This document shows positions 27,671 through 39,300 of a stretch of 64,000 nt of DNA, in pieces. A program made the position numbers and the translations under genes. Each line of letters begins with the position of its first letter. Position 1 is the stretch's first letter. Where the stretch lies: positions 617,760 to 681,759 of the forward strand of contig NW_027192208.1 in the NCBI RefSeq assembly GCF_041956535.1, read 5' to 3'. This DNA is from Calcarisporiella thermophila CBS 279.70. Its lineage: Eukaryota; Fungi; Calcarisporiellomycota. The notes beneath the pieces are model-generated. The model was not told the DNA's origin and ran no database searches. It was given only the letters and a program-made list of their open reading frames with translations.

Positions 27671-28764
27671 ATGGCAGAGCCCGATTCTTCGCGTCTTGAG
27701 CAGTACCTTCTTCTCTCAAAGAGTGCACGTGGCGCTGCATGTGTGCAGCTGATTAAGGATGCACTAGCCGCACCGGGAGTGTATGTGTTTGCTGAGCTGT
27801 TAGAGATGCCAAATGTAGCAGAGGTAAATTTGTACTAGAGTAACGCGTCAAACTTTTACTGTTGAAGGATTAACACCTGATCGTGTTGGATTGCATTGGG
27901 ATTTGAATAGCTAGAGCAAAATCGAGAGTTCGCGCCTTGGCACACATTACTAAAGATATTTTCCTATGGGACATACAAAGATTACAAGGGTATGCAGGTT
28001 CAATTTTAGTAAGGTCTTCTTCTGTTTATAAACCAAGCGATGGAATGTATTTCTAGATAATGTTGGCATTCTACCTGAACTCGATGCTTCGCAGTTGACC
28101 AAGCTAAAACATCTCTCGATTGTCACACTCGCCGAGAAGACTCGGGTGGGTTTCCTTCTGCTCCCTCTTTATTTTCCTCTCTAATGTTTATCCCTTTGTA
28201 ATTACAGACAATACCCTATGATCTCCTTCTTGGTTATTTCGATATACCTAATGTTCGCGCCCTTGAGGATCTCATCATTACAGGATTCTACGCCGGCGTG
28301 TTTAGTGGAAAACTTGATCAGCAAAAATCGCAGCTTGAACTCTCCTCCACAATGGGCCGTGACCTTCGTCCAAATCAAATCACTCAGATGCTCGAGGTCC
28401 TCTCAAGGTGGTCCGAGCAGACTGATCGTGTCATAAGGGCCATCGACGATAAGTGCGCCTATGTCATGGAAACCATGACACAATCGAGACGAGAAAAGGA
28501 GGCGTATGAAAAAGAGTTGGAGCGAGTGCGGCAGGAGTACAGGCAGGCAAGTGCAAGTGGGACACCAGGCGATGTAGAAATGACTGGAGGGAGTGCAGGC
28601 GACCCAGCGCACTTTGACAGTGTAGAATATTCGGCAGAGAATATGCGTCGAATGAAAAGGTGGGTTACAAGATAGGAGACAGATCATTTCATACTTGAGC
28701 AGCTGACTTCTTGATATATTGATTATCTCCTGGTAGGAGACTGGGTGGATTTACTCGCCGATAA
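27671..28764 (+). CDS. CSN7: COP9 signalosome subunit 7
   Basis: [81 protein letters not shown] (PCI domain). Confidence 0.93.
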
Positions 28765-29218
28765 ATGATGGTGATAAATTAGTAGAGAAGCTTTGCGTTA
28801 GGTCATTTTTGTAAAAATAGCATATTTATGATATGCCCTTAATTGTGCTCTTCCCCACTGTTTTGCAAAATTTTTTTCTTCTTCCTTCAAAAGTCTTTTA
28901 TATATATGGCATTTTAAACGTGTTGGATTTTAACAGAGAGGATTTGCTTATCTCGATATTTTTCTTTGGCGGTCTTCATTTTACATCCTGCTTATCTCTC
29001 ACACTGAAGTGGGAATAAAGGGAATGAAACGAAACTGTGTTGAGTGATTAAATAGTAAGGAGTGTATACGATAAAAGAACAGATGCACGATAGCAAAAAA
29101 TCAGAGTAAAACCAATATCAACAAACTGGATATGCAACGAAATTAAACTTTAGTGTATCGTTTTCATTAAATAGTTTAGATAGATATGGATGCATGTATC
29201 GAAAAATATATATATATA

Positions 29219-30420
29219 CTACTTCATAAGTGCGATAGCGTCCAAGAATGCAATAACTTCTCCGAGCTCCTTCCAATCTGGATGTTCAGTCGGTGTCACC
29301 TCGCGGAGCTTCCGCACTAATAAAAGGTATCGTGTGATGCGTTGTACAGGTTCGATGAGATAGTCTGTCAGTTTAAGGGGGCCACAGCCAGTTTTGTGAG
29401 TTGCTTGGGACAACAGGCGGCGGTGGAGGGCGGCCACGGCGGGACGGCGGAGGGCTTGTCGAGCAACAGGGTAATTTCGAGCATAGTCCGCAAACACGGA
29501 GAATTTGTCCTTGTGACGCAGGAACACTTGCGCGACTCGTGCTTGCTCCACACAGACTCCCGCTGGCATGTAGTAATAGCTGCTTGCTGGAGGAAATTCC
29601 TCCATGGTTCGCTCAAACTCGCCTAAGAGCTCTTCGCTAAGCTGCAATAGTTTGTCTAGGTGTGAAAAGATGGTGTCGACGTCTCCCCTTGAGATAAGAG
29701 GAAGGCGGGAGTCAAGGGTGTTGCGAAAGGGAGTGTAGAAGTCGGAATGAAGGCAGAGCAAATGTTGATGGAATGTACGTTCGGTAGTCAGCAGTTCTTG
29801 GAAGTTGTATCGTCGGGTATGGATCTATGTGCGTGATATTAGCGTTTCTGTGGATCAAGCGGAATAGTTCAGTGGCTTACCATTTGATCGATGACAGGGC
29901 TGAATACAATATTAGAGGATGTATCTCGCATGTTTTCCATGGATTTGCATCGCCTAATTCTCCTTGCATTATCATCGAATTCAAAGGGAGGAGAGGATAA
30001 TTCTTGACTGCAGCCAAAGGGTTTTGTCTCTAGATGTGTCCAGGTTACGGACCTAGCTCTACGTTCTCTCCGCTTATGATCCTTTTCGTGCAATTGAGGC
30101 CATTTCTCCTCTTTGACTTCCCCGCTTAATGCTGGGAGAGGCCATGCGAACTGATCGTCATTAATTGATGACGCCGAGCTTGAAGGCGAAGACTTGGGGC
30201 TGAGCCCAAGCGATTTTATTCCAAACGCCGAAATGTTAATGGTGAGACCGCGCCGACGATACTTCTTTTTCTCGATGAGTGTGGCGTCGTCCTGCTTGGC
30301 CATTCCATTGGGGGAAGGGGATCTTGGCGGGGTGGGGAGGAGATAGGAGAGCAGGGAATGATGTTTTCTATGTTTAAGCTTTTTGTGTGTGCTCCGGCAT
30401 GGTTGTGGATGTTCGAGCAT
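29219..30420 (-). CDS. RhoGEF (Dbl-homology) domain protein with no PH domain
   Basis: DH motifs FQELLTTERTF, IFSHLDKLLQLS, FSVFADYARNY, LTDYLIEPVQRITRYLLLVRKLREVTPTEHPD. One intron at ~29826-29880. Start Met chosen at MLEHPQ. Confidence 0.82.
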
Positions 30421-31058
30421 GGTGGAGCAGGAGGAGGAGGGGAGGAGGAGCGGGAGGAAGGGGAGGGAAAAGGGAGATGAATGCTGACTAAAAATCGCAA
30501 ACAAGAAAGACACAGGGAGGAGTTGGATATTGGTTATTTATTGCTTATTCACGCGAGGCAAGGAAGCGGAAAAACAAGAAATTAATTTTTTCTATCACGA
30601 ACAGACCAGAGCTCTGTGGTGCCTTCCCTGAAACCTTCGAGGACGGTTGCCCGTTCGCTGTAAGCAGAATTGCAGGCAGTTGACTTGCAAGGTTTGTTGA
30701 TTCCGCTTGCTGGATCAAATGATGCGTATAATTCCTTTTTGATCAGTATCCCCTTGAAATTTCCGTCTGAATCCACACCTCTTAAACTCGATTTTGATGT
30801 GTTTTGCAGTTTCTCAGTAATCTAGCAATTTATCCTAACCCAGCCATCCCTAACCTAATTGTTTGTGTGTGTGATCTGAGTCTCCTCCCTCAGAGCTGCT
30901 GCGTCGAGAATCCTGGGCAACGCACCCTCTCATGCACAAGACCGGCAATGTGTCCAGCAGCCAAACGGAAAACAAAATGCAAAACATTTCCCCTCGTCGA
31001 CCCGTCCCCGTTTTCCCAATTACACATAAACAACGGTCTTTATTAGAAACATGTCAAT

Positions 31059-34006
31059 TTATACACTATTGTCCAGTTCTGCAGCCACTAGCCTCAGAAT
31101 CTCCTCGGTGCTCTTGCGAGCGTTTCGCACTGCTTTGCGCACAGCCTGCCATCGTTCTCCGTGGCGGGGCTCTGCCGCAATACACCGATTGATCACATCT
31201 TGTCTTTGCTCCTATACAGAAGAGAGAATCAATTAGTACTCGGGGTTCTAAAAGCCATAGGCAGAGAAACGCTCGTAGCGCAACCATGGCGAGCATGGTG
31301 TCAGCGCTACCGTAAAAACGGGGCATTTACCTCTGTTCCATGCTGTAACTCAAACCGATACCACCACGCCCAACAGTCGCCCCGATCCGGGTCTATTTTC
31401 ACCGCACGCTCGAACCACTGTCGTGCCTTGTCGACCTTTCGCTCGCTCCAGAATAGTCGCGCCACTACGGTCACCACTCCAGCGTCGTTGTCGCATTTCT
31501 TTAGCGCGTCCACGGATTTACTCTTGCGCTGTGGGCGCGGCTCTGCGAAGATAGCTTCGGTCCACAGGAGACCCGAGTCTGGACATTCCTGCAGCGCCTT
31601 GGCCAGTAGTGCCCGTGCTGCTGTATTGTTTCCAGCTCTGAGCTCAACGCGGACCGCCTCACACCATAGGGCGGGCGTCTTCGGATTCAAAAGCCTGGCA
31701 CGCTCAAGTAGTGCCCTTGCTTTGATCATAAGCCCAGCACGCTCCTCGAGCCGTGCGGCCAAGATCCACAGCGGCACACTCTTAGGACAATTTTTCATCC
31801 CCTTTGCATAGGCCTCTCTCGCCCGTGGAATATCACCTCTGTCCTCCTCTGCTAGCTGCCCAGCTATCATCCACAATTTGTCGAATCCGGGGTGTTTCTC
31901 CAACGCCTCCGCTAATAATCGCTCCGCCTCCGGTACATTCTCCAACTCTCTTTCCAGAACCACCGACTTCATCCATACCCTCGCGGTCCCGGATTTCTCT
32001 CTCGCCTTTGCAAGGAGCTGCCTTGCAAGCTCATACATTCCGTTCTCAGCCTCGAGTTTCACCGCCGCCATCCATATCTGCTCACTGTCCGGGTTGGCTT
32101 TGAAGGCCTCCTCCAGAATCGCTCTGGCGCCTCCCACGTCACCCGCAAGCCATTTCTCCTTTGCGCCCATGAGCCACAACAGCTCCACCCTTGGGCAGTA
32201 ACGCACCGCCCTCTGTAACAGCTCCTCCAAGGATGCGGGGGTGCCATGCTCCTTTTCCAAAAAGGCCGCTCTCTGCCAGATCACGCTCCGATCCGGGAAC
32301 ACCCTAAGGGCATGGGCGAAGAGGGCACGTGCTGTGGCAAAGCATCCCTTCTCAATGCACATTTCAGCGTCATCCATCCATGTGGCCTCACGATCCTCTT
32401 CCTCAACCCCCATTCCTGCCGTCGCCCGCACAATCGCCTGGCATGTTGCCACGAATCCTTCTCGCTCGCACGTCTGGGCCTCCTCTAGCCATTGCTCGCG
32501 CTTCAATACAGCACCCAATTCCGAAAGTCGCTGTACAGCCCGTGTAACAATTGTATTGACCATTTCCTCGCTTCCGTTCTGCTCTTCAAGACGCGCAGCA
32601 GCCATCCAAATCTCGTGGCTTGTGGGGACTGCTTTGCGTGCGCGGTTTAAGACCTTGCGAGCGTTGTCATAATTCTCGAGACGGGCAAGTGCAAGCCATA
32701 AGTCGACGGACAAGGGAACCAACTCAACGGCTCGAGCCAGCAGAACACGGGCATCGGAAGGGTTTTCCTCCATGTTCACAGCAGCTTTCCAGAGTTTCAC
32801 AGAGTTTGGAACGAATTCCAGAGCTCTTCTTAGAACACGTTTTTTCGCCTTTGCCTCCGTCTCTAAATCCACGGCCTTCAGCCAGATCTTTACCGCTTGC
32901 GGCAACTGCCTTACCGCATCGGCTAAAATAACTTTAGCGTTGTCCACTGTGTTGAGGCGGGCAGCTTCAAGCCATACGTCTTCGCTCTTGGGGCATTCTT
33001 CGCAGCCTTTGGCGATGATCGACCGTGCCTGTGCAAGCTTGCCCGCGTACTCCTCAAGACGAGCCGCTGCGATCCATCCGGGCGCATGTTTAGGATTAGT
33101 GGTGATGACAGACTTCATTAGCAATCGTGCTTTTTTGATGTCTCCAATCTCTGCTTCGCTTCTCACAACCACGCTGCTCAGATCGGTGAGATAGCCCTTA
33201 GGATCCACATTGGTCAGGCCGGTAGCGGAATCCGTCGAAGCTTGGTCAAGCTTGATCTCAAGTAATCGATCGCGAGCCTTCCTTATCTCGTTGAAATTTG
33301 TCATCGTTCCATCTGCAGGCGTCTCGATCCCACCGAACCGTTGCTCTCGCGGATCCAATTGAGTCACGTATTGATTCCCTTCTCTTGCCTTGGCTAAAAT
33401 CGAGTCGGGCAAAGGAGTAAACATTTCTTTTTTATTTCCCTTCTTTCTGTTTCTGCCTGCCAAATCGCCCACCTCTGGTATATTGTTCCATTCTGTCTCG
33501 CTCACAGTCGTGAGCGCTCGCTTTAGATCTGCAAATTGCTGTTGGATCTTGGGCCGTTCTTGTCTGTAGCGTTTCATCTCCTCTCGTTCTCGGGCTTCAC
33601 GACGAGCACGCCGTCGCTCATCCATTTTACGATCGACCATTTCCCATACTCTATCCGCTTCCTCGTCGTCTTGTTCATACGGGGCACTATTGAAGAGACC
33701 CGTCTCGGTCTCAGGATCTTGGTATTGTTCGTCATCTTCCTCCTCCTCATCTTCACGTTTAGCTTTCTCAGGAGCTTCTATCGGTCCTTCTCGTGCAGGA
33801 CCAATATCTGATCTTGTTGTGAAACCCGTTGCTCTACAAAAAGGATAAATCTAATTAGCACTCGTGCCCATGAGGAAAAAGCAATGATCTTAAAAGATCA
33901 ATGAAAAAACAGTCATTAAAAGTTAGCCCACTTACCCTCTTCCAAGTCCAGCAACATAATTCGGTGGGGCGGGTTTCCCCATAAAATCTTTTGTTGCTTT
34001 CAGCAT
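31059..34006 (-). CDS. PRP6: U5 snRNP/tri-snRNP splicing factor Prp6 (HAT repeats)
   Basis: PAPPNYVAGLGRG/ATGFTTRSDIGPARE, KIQQQFADLKRAL, DPKGYLTDL, TNPKHAPGWIAAARLEE, many HAT repeats. Last exon EQRQDVINRCIAAEPRHGERWQ. Confidence 0.97.
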
Positions 34007-34156
34007 TTTGTTACAATATTATTTCGATTGAAAGGAATAAGGAGAGCAAAGACTTGGCTATTAAACCGTGTTGTAGGTGGCTAATTTTGTGACGTCTATT
34101 TATCTTCATTTTATCCCTGAAGTACTTATATTATTACTGTATTTCTCCTAAAAAAA

Positions 34157-34891
34157 ATGTTAAGATCCTTCGCATTACGTACCCCAGCGATCTTGGGGCA
34201 GCGCACTCTCTTATACTCGACTGTAACACATCCCGCGCCTTCCGCCTCCAATGTTGCCGCTCAGACGATCCAAAATCCATCTCAAGCTCAACAGAAATCT
34301 CGTCGACCAAAGAAACGATCTCTGCCTCAAAGAGGGGAATCTGCTGACAGCGCCCAGATATCTGCTTTGCTTGATTCAGTGCTACCATCAAACCAAGTGA
34401 TTCAACAAGAATTTATTCGACCTCCTCGTCGTCCCCAACGCAAATCGAATGGTGCATCGTCTTTTTCCAATAACAAAGAAGCGAACGGCCGCTCGGAATT
34501 CCAATCCAGTAACAATAAACGCAGCGAATTTCAATCTAAGAGGCAGAACAATAACCAACGTAATCATCAACGTAACAATCAGCGCCGGAATCGGTCTCCT
34601 ACCCCCCAGGTTCAATTAGCGAAACCACAAAAATTCGAAGTTAAAGATTTCGACTGGAACTCATTTGAGGTCGCCCGCTCTCCTCTTCCCATTCACAATA
34701 AAGCAAAGACGGGTGAGGAGAGAAGATTGCAAGAGCTGGAAATTCTGGGAGGAGACTACTCGCGCTACCTGGAAGGATTTAAAGGCTTGCCGGTGATGAC
34801 GGGGAGACTTATCGGAGGAAATGCCACTTACGGGCTTGAAGAGCGAATGACAGTGGCTAATGTGGTATCGGGTGCGCTCGGAAAACAGTAG
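34157..34891 (+). CDS. Hypothetical, probably mitochondrial protein (244 aa, single exon)
   Basis: Clean ORF 150 bp divergent from PRP6. R/S/L-rich, acid-free N-terminus, N/Q/R-rich middle, ordered C-terminus (LGGDYSRYL...GNATYGLEER). Confidence 0.72.
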   Translation: MLRSFALRTPAILGQRTLLYSTVTHPAPSASNVAAQTIQNPSQAQQKSRRPKKRSLPQRGESADSAQISALLDSVLPSNQVIQQEFIRPPRRPQRKSNGASSFSNNKEANGRSEFQSSNNKRSEFQSKRQNNNQRNHQRNNQRRNRSPTPQVQLAKPQKFEVKDFDWNSFEVARSPLPIHNKAKTGEERRLQELEILGGDYSRYLEGFKGLPVMTGRLIGGNATYGLEERMTVANVVSGALGKQ

Positions 34892-36388
34892 AAAATAATT
34901 ATCCCTTTTTTAATTATAGAGTATCAAAAAACAAGTGATATTGTCAAAATAAATCGAAGCAATGATATTGTATATCTTCCAATAGAGCTTGAATTGAGTG
35001 AAACTATGCAATCATTGAAATGACAAGCCAATTTGGCATATTTTATCTTGAGTGGTAATACGAAGCAAAGGAGATTCGAGTTACCCAGATATGATTCAGT
35101 TGGAAAAGTTACGAGTTAACATGACATTATCATGTCCAGCAGGCTCCACGGCAAACTTTATTCATCCAACCTCGCTATAGCATCAGTTGAAGAATTTCTA
35201 AATTATATTTATATGCTGAAGTGCTTGTAGGGAAACTTTATTTCATTTTTCTAGGTCGAATTCCGTTATCAGTAAATTGAATCATTATGCACTGTATGTA
35301 GTTCATTTGAGTCGCATCCCAATCCGATCAAACTTAAGTATATCCCCGCGGCAAGGAGAGATAGGAGTAAGGAGGGAGTAATAGAGCAGACTGCGCACGG
35401 AGTCTACTTGAGTAAGCGTGCCTCTGATGTACGAGCTCTCTGTCCCATCCCTATTCCAAACACCTTTATATATATTTTCTTATGGGATTCAGCCACGGCG
35501 CATTCGCCCTCCGCGTGTCACCCCGTGAACACCTGATTTGAGTTCGAGGTAGCTTACTCTCCATTTAATTTAAATAGCCGACCGATGTACATATTACGTC
35601 ACAGTACATCGGCCCATCATGCAAGCTTCATTTCATATAGCTATGGGGAACTCATTCTCAGGGGAAAGCGTGACGATTATTAATTCTAGTCGGGTACAAT
35701 ACACGTATATGGATGCGTGCCCGCATATTGCTTCATTCTCCAAAGGGCCAAGGTAAAGGTGAAAGAGGAAATATCAGATAACCTACTTCGTGAAGTAAGG
35801 GAGATCACGCTTGCAAAGGGCCGGGGACCTAAGCGATGAGAGATCCTATATGCAGAAAAAAAGAACTACCTGTTGCTGCATTGTTGGGAAAACTCTCCTC
35901 AGCGCTTTCTTAGCGAGATAGAGAGGAAAAAGTATGTTTTTAGAAATGCTCGGATTATTACTTCAGCGGACCAAAAATAATTTTTTTTATTACTAATTCT
36001 CTTATTGCGCTTGGGTTATATAGGGATATTGTTGCCCCATTGACTAATATGGCGTGTCTAGGTTACTAACCTATATTTGACCATGACGAAAGGAAGCCTT
36101 TGTCCGACTATGACGTTTGTTGAACTTTCATTCACTTTTGCTCTACTTCACCAATAATCCTGGTTCACTTTCACTTTTCAATGAATATTTCTCGATCTTC
36201 TCTACTATTCTTATGAGCCATTGATTCTCTTGATTTTGCCAGGATCGATCTAACCATTTGCATGAGTTATCATTAACTTATCCTCCTCCTTTCTTCTTCG
36301 GTCTTCGGACCTTTTTATCAGCTTTAATCAAACATCCACTCTGTGAATTTTCCAAGTTTACTGTAGCCTACTGGAAGTGTGTGTCCAT

Positions 36389-39300
36389 ATGAGTTCATTT
36401 CCACCACACCTCTACAACACAGCTTCAACCTCAACTGTGACCGATCGATCGACACATACAATCTGGCAACACGACAACATTGGACGCCGCCCCGCCTCTC
36501 CTTCACGCCGTACTTCACTCATCCTTGGTGCATCGTCCGATTCTTCTCCACATCTCCGGAATTACTCAATAAATAATCTGGATTCTACCACACCTGTAAA
36601 AAGTTCCCGGCTTCGGGGCGATGGACACCATTGCTCGCAACAGCAACAGCAGCAGCAACCACAGCAGCAGCAGCAACAGCGACTATTTCCGCCCGTCCCA
36701 AATCTGTACAATTTTGCGCTTAAGCTAACAGCAGAGCTAGATCTGCAGTCATTATGGACACGTATAGTTGAAAATTTAGCGGGGTCTTACCAAGCACAAC
36801 GGGTGTGGCTCTTGGTCCCCCACGATCAAACCGATACAATCAACACACCATGGGGAATTCTGGCGCTTTACAATAAACCAGCCCACGGAGAGACCCTGGA
36901 ATTGAATGCCACAGCTACCAACGAGTCCGAAAATAATGCCAGCGGGACGAAACTACAAGCACATGTTCCACAAGTGTTCGATACTCTGCTACCCTTCCAG
37001 AGTCAAGTTGATCCATTAATCGATAACCGTGGGGTTCAGAGCGTTTTGCACCGCGGAAAAATGGTGGTGGTATCGCGCGAATACCGCAGAGTAGCGGGGC
37101 CGGGTGGTATTTTTTCACCCAATCCTGCTGGAGATCATTTAATCAATACTGACGACCGTGACGCATTCAGCAAGGGAATTAGAAATCACTTCAAAGGGCT
37201 TGATGGGCGGAATTTGGTGGGGAGTGGTTCGAAGGAGACAAGTAGTGAGAAAACAACTTCACGTGTAGTCGACTCGCGCTCACTGGACACTCCTGCACTG
37301 GATCGTTTGGAAGGAGGGTATTTAGGTCAGGGAGATTTGAAATTTGACAGCAAAGGATTGATGTACGAAGACATAGCGGATGCAATAGCATCCTCCCAGG
37401 AACCTGACTATGAAGAATACGAACAGGCCCCTCCCAGCCCGTGGTCTCAATCTCCGGCCCCCTCTCCTGCAATGATGGACCCAAACGTGAACCCATTTTT
37501 CCAATCGGCCCCCAGCATCGATGACGATGCCTTCAACCCCGGAGTCGGGTCCTCCACCTCCTACAACGATCAGCGTGTGCCCTATCCACCCCCCGCAAGC
37601 AACATTCATTCGATTGTGCATATACCACTTGTTCATCCCGCCGCCACCCATCCGCACTCAGAACATCCGCCATCTGCGATGGCTATTCTCTCTTTTGTAT
37701 CACCACTTGTACCGTATCCACAAGAGCATTTGCAGTCACTGTCTGCTCTATCGCCATTTATTGCCACAACAGTATCATCTGCTATGTTGTATGCGCGCAC
37801 GGTCAAGCAGATGAAAATAGCCTCGTACAAATCCCCTCATCAAAACCATCACTATCATCATTCGCCACGAATCCATCCTCCAGCCGGAACCAAATGCAAA
37901 CGGAAACCTACTGACACCGATAATCATGATGAGCAATCGACAAGTACCTCCACACCCTCCTCTGGTTCCAGCTCATCGCTTTGGGAACCAACATCATCGC
38001 AACATGCTACCGCAACTGCCGCGGTAGAGCTGAACACTCCGTTTTCTCATACGGATGCGTCTGATGATGGGGTTGTACAAGAGAAAGAGCAGTCATTGGA
38101 CAGGGGTCCCGTTAGCTTAGAAAGCGCAACAAGTCGGCGAAAAGGGGTAGTAGACCATCAAATACACGAGGAGGGTGAGGAGGAGCAGTGGGAAGAAGAA
38201 CAAGAGCGGGATAGCAGCAGCCTAAAGATAGTCACAAAATCTGTAAAAACCAGAGGATCTACTCCCTCAATTGACTCCAAGAAGGCTTCCAGCCGGCCAG
38301 CTTACTCGAATGTCAAACGTGTATCTTCTGGCTCAAGTGAGGAGCAGCTGGTTGACAAAGGGGACGAAATTGATCCAACCAACGGGGGATCACACAAAGT
38401 GAAAATAGGCGGAATTTCAGTTAGAAGTGCACCCTGGCGTAGACGCCCTCGTCGAACTTCTGGGATACAGAGTTCTCTCTTCCAGAGCTACTTTAGCGAT
38501 GGTGCACTGCTCTCAACTCCGCGATCCAAACTACTGAGATTAATGATTGATGGGATCCCTATCATTGTCTTGTAACTATCAGCTTTCCTATATCCATTTT
38601 TAACGCCTTGAAATAGAGTTTTGACCTATATTTTAACCAATTATAGCACATGCTGCCCGTCGAACGGACGTACAACGTGGATAAATGACCGCATGCTCCA
38701 GTATTCTGGTATAGAGCTACGCGACTTCCTTGACCATGGTTGGACCTCGGTGGTGCATCCCAACGATCGTAAGCAATACCACCAAACATGGCAGCAGGCT
38801 TTTGCCCGGCATGAAAGCTGCTCGGGCGAGTATCGACTGCGACGGTTTGATGGTGAATATCGCTGGTTTATATGGCGGATTGTTCCTCTGCGTGACTATC
38901 GAGGGAGCATTGTCCACTGGTTCGGAACGTGCACAGATATTCATGATCAACGCCTCGCCCAAGAGCAGCGGAGTCGGCAGAACGTGGTGGAAGCGAACGA
39001 AAGGAAATACCGTCTTCTTGCTGAAGCCATACCGCAAGTGGTGTTCACAAGTACACCAGATGCGGGCATAACCTATGTGAATGAGAAGTGGCAGCAATAT
39101 TCGGGGCTTACTTTTGAGCAGTCGTGTGGACTTGGCTTCCTCTCACATGTGCATCCCGATGATCGACCCAAATGTACTCTCCCCAAAGACATTGCTGGCG
39201 AAGACGAAGGAAAGGGGGATGCAAACGAAGGGGGCAGTGGTGAGTCTCTAGGGGATGAGAATATATACCAAACGGAGGTGCGATTGCTGAACAGACGCGG

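Noticed and set aside
35515-35560. Partial resemblance to a TPP riboswitch core (ACCCCGTGAACACCTGAT)
   Set aside because: It lacks the upstream CTGAGA and the downstream P5/GCG elements, and no thiamine gene is adjacent.
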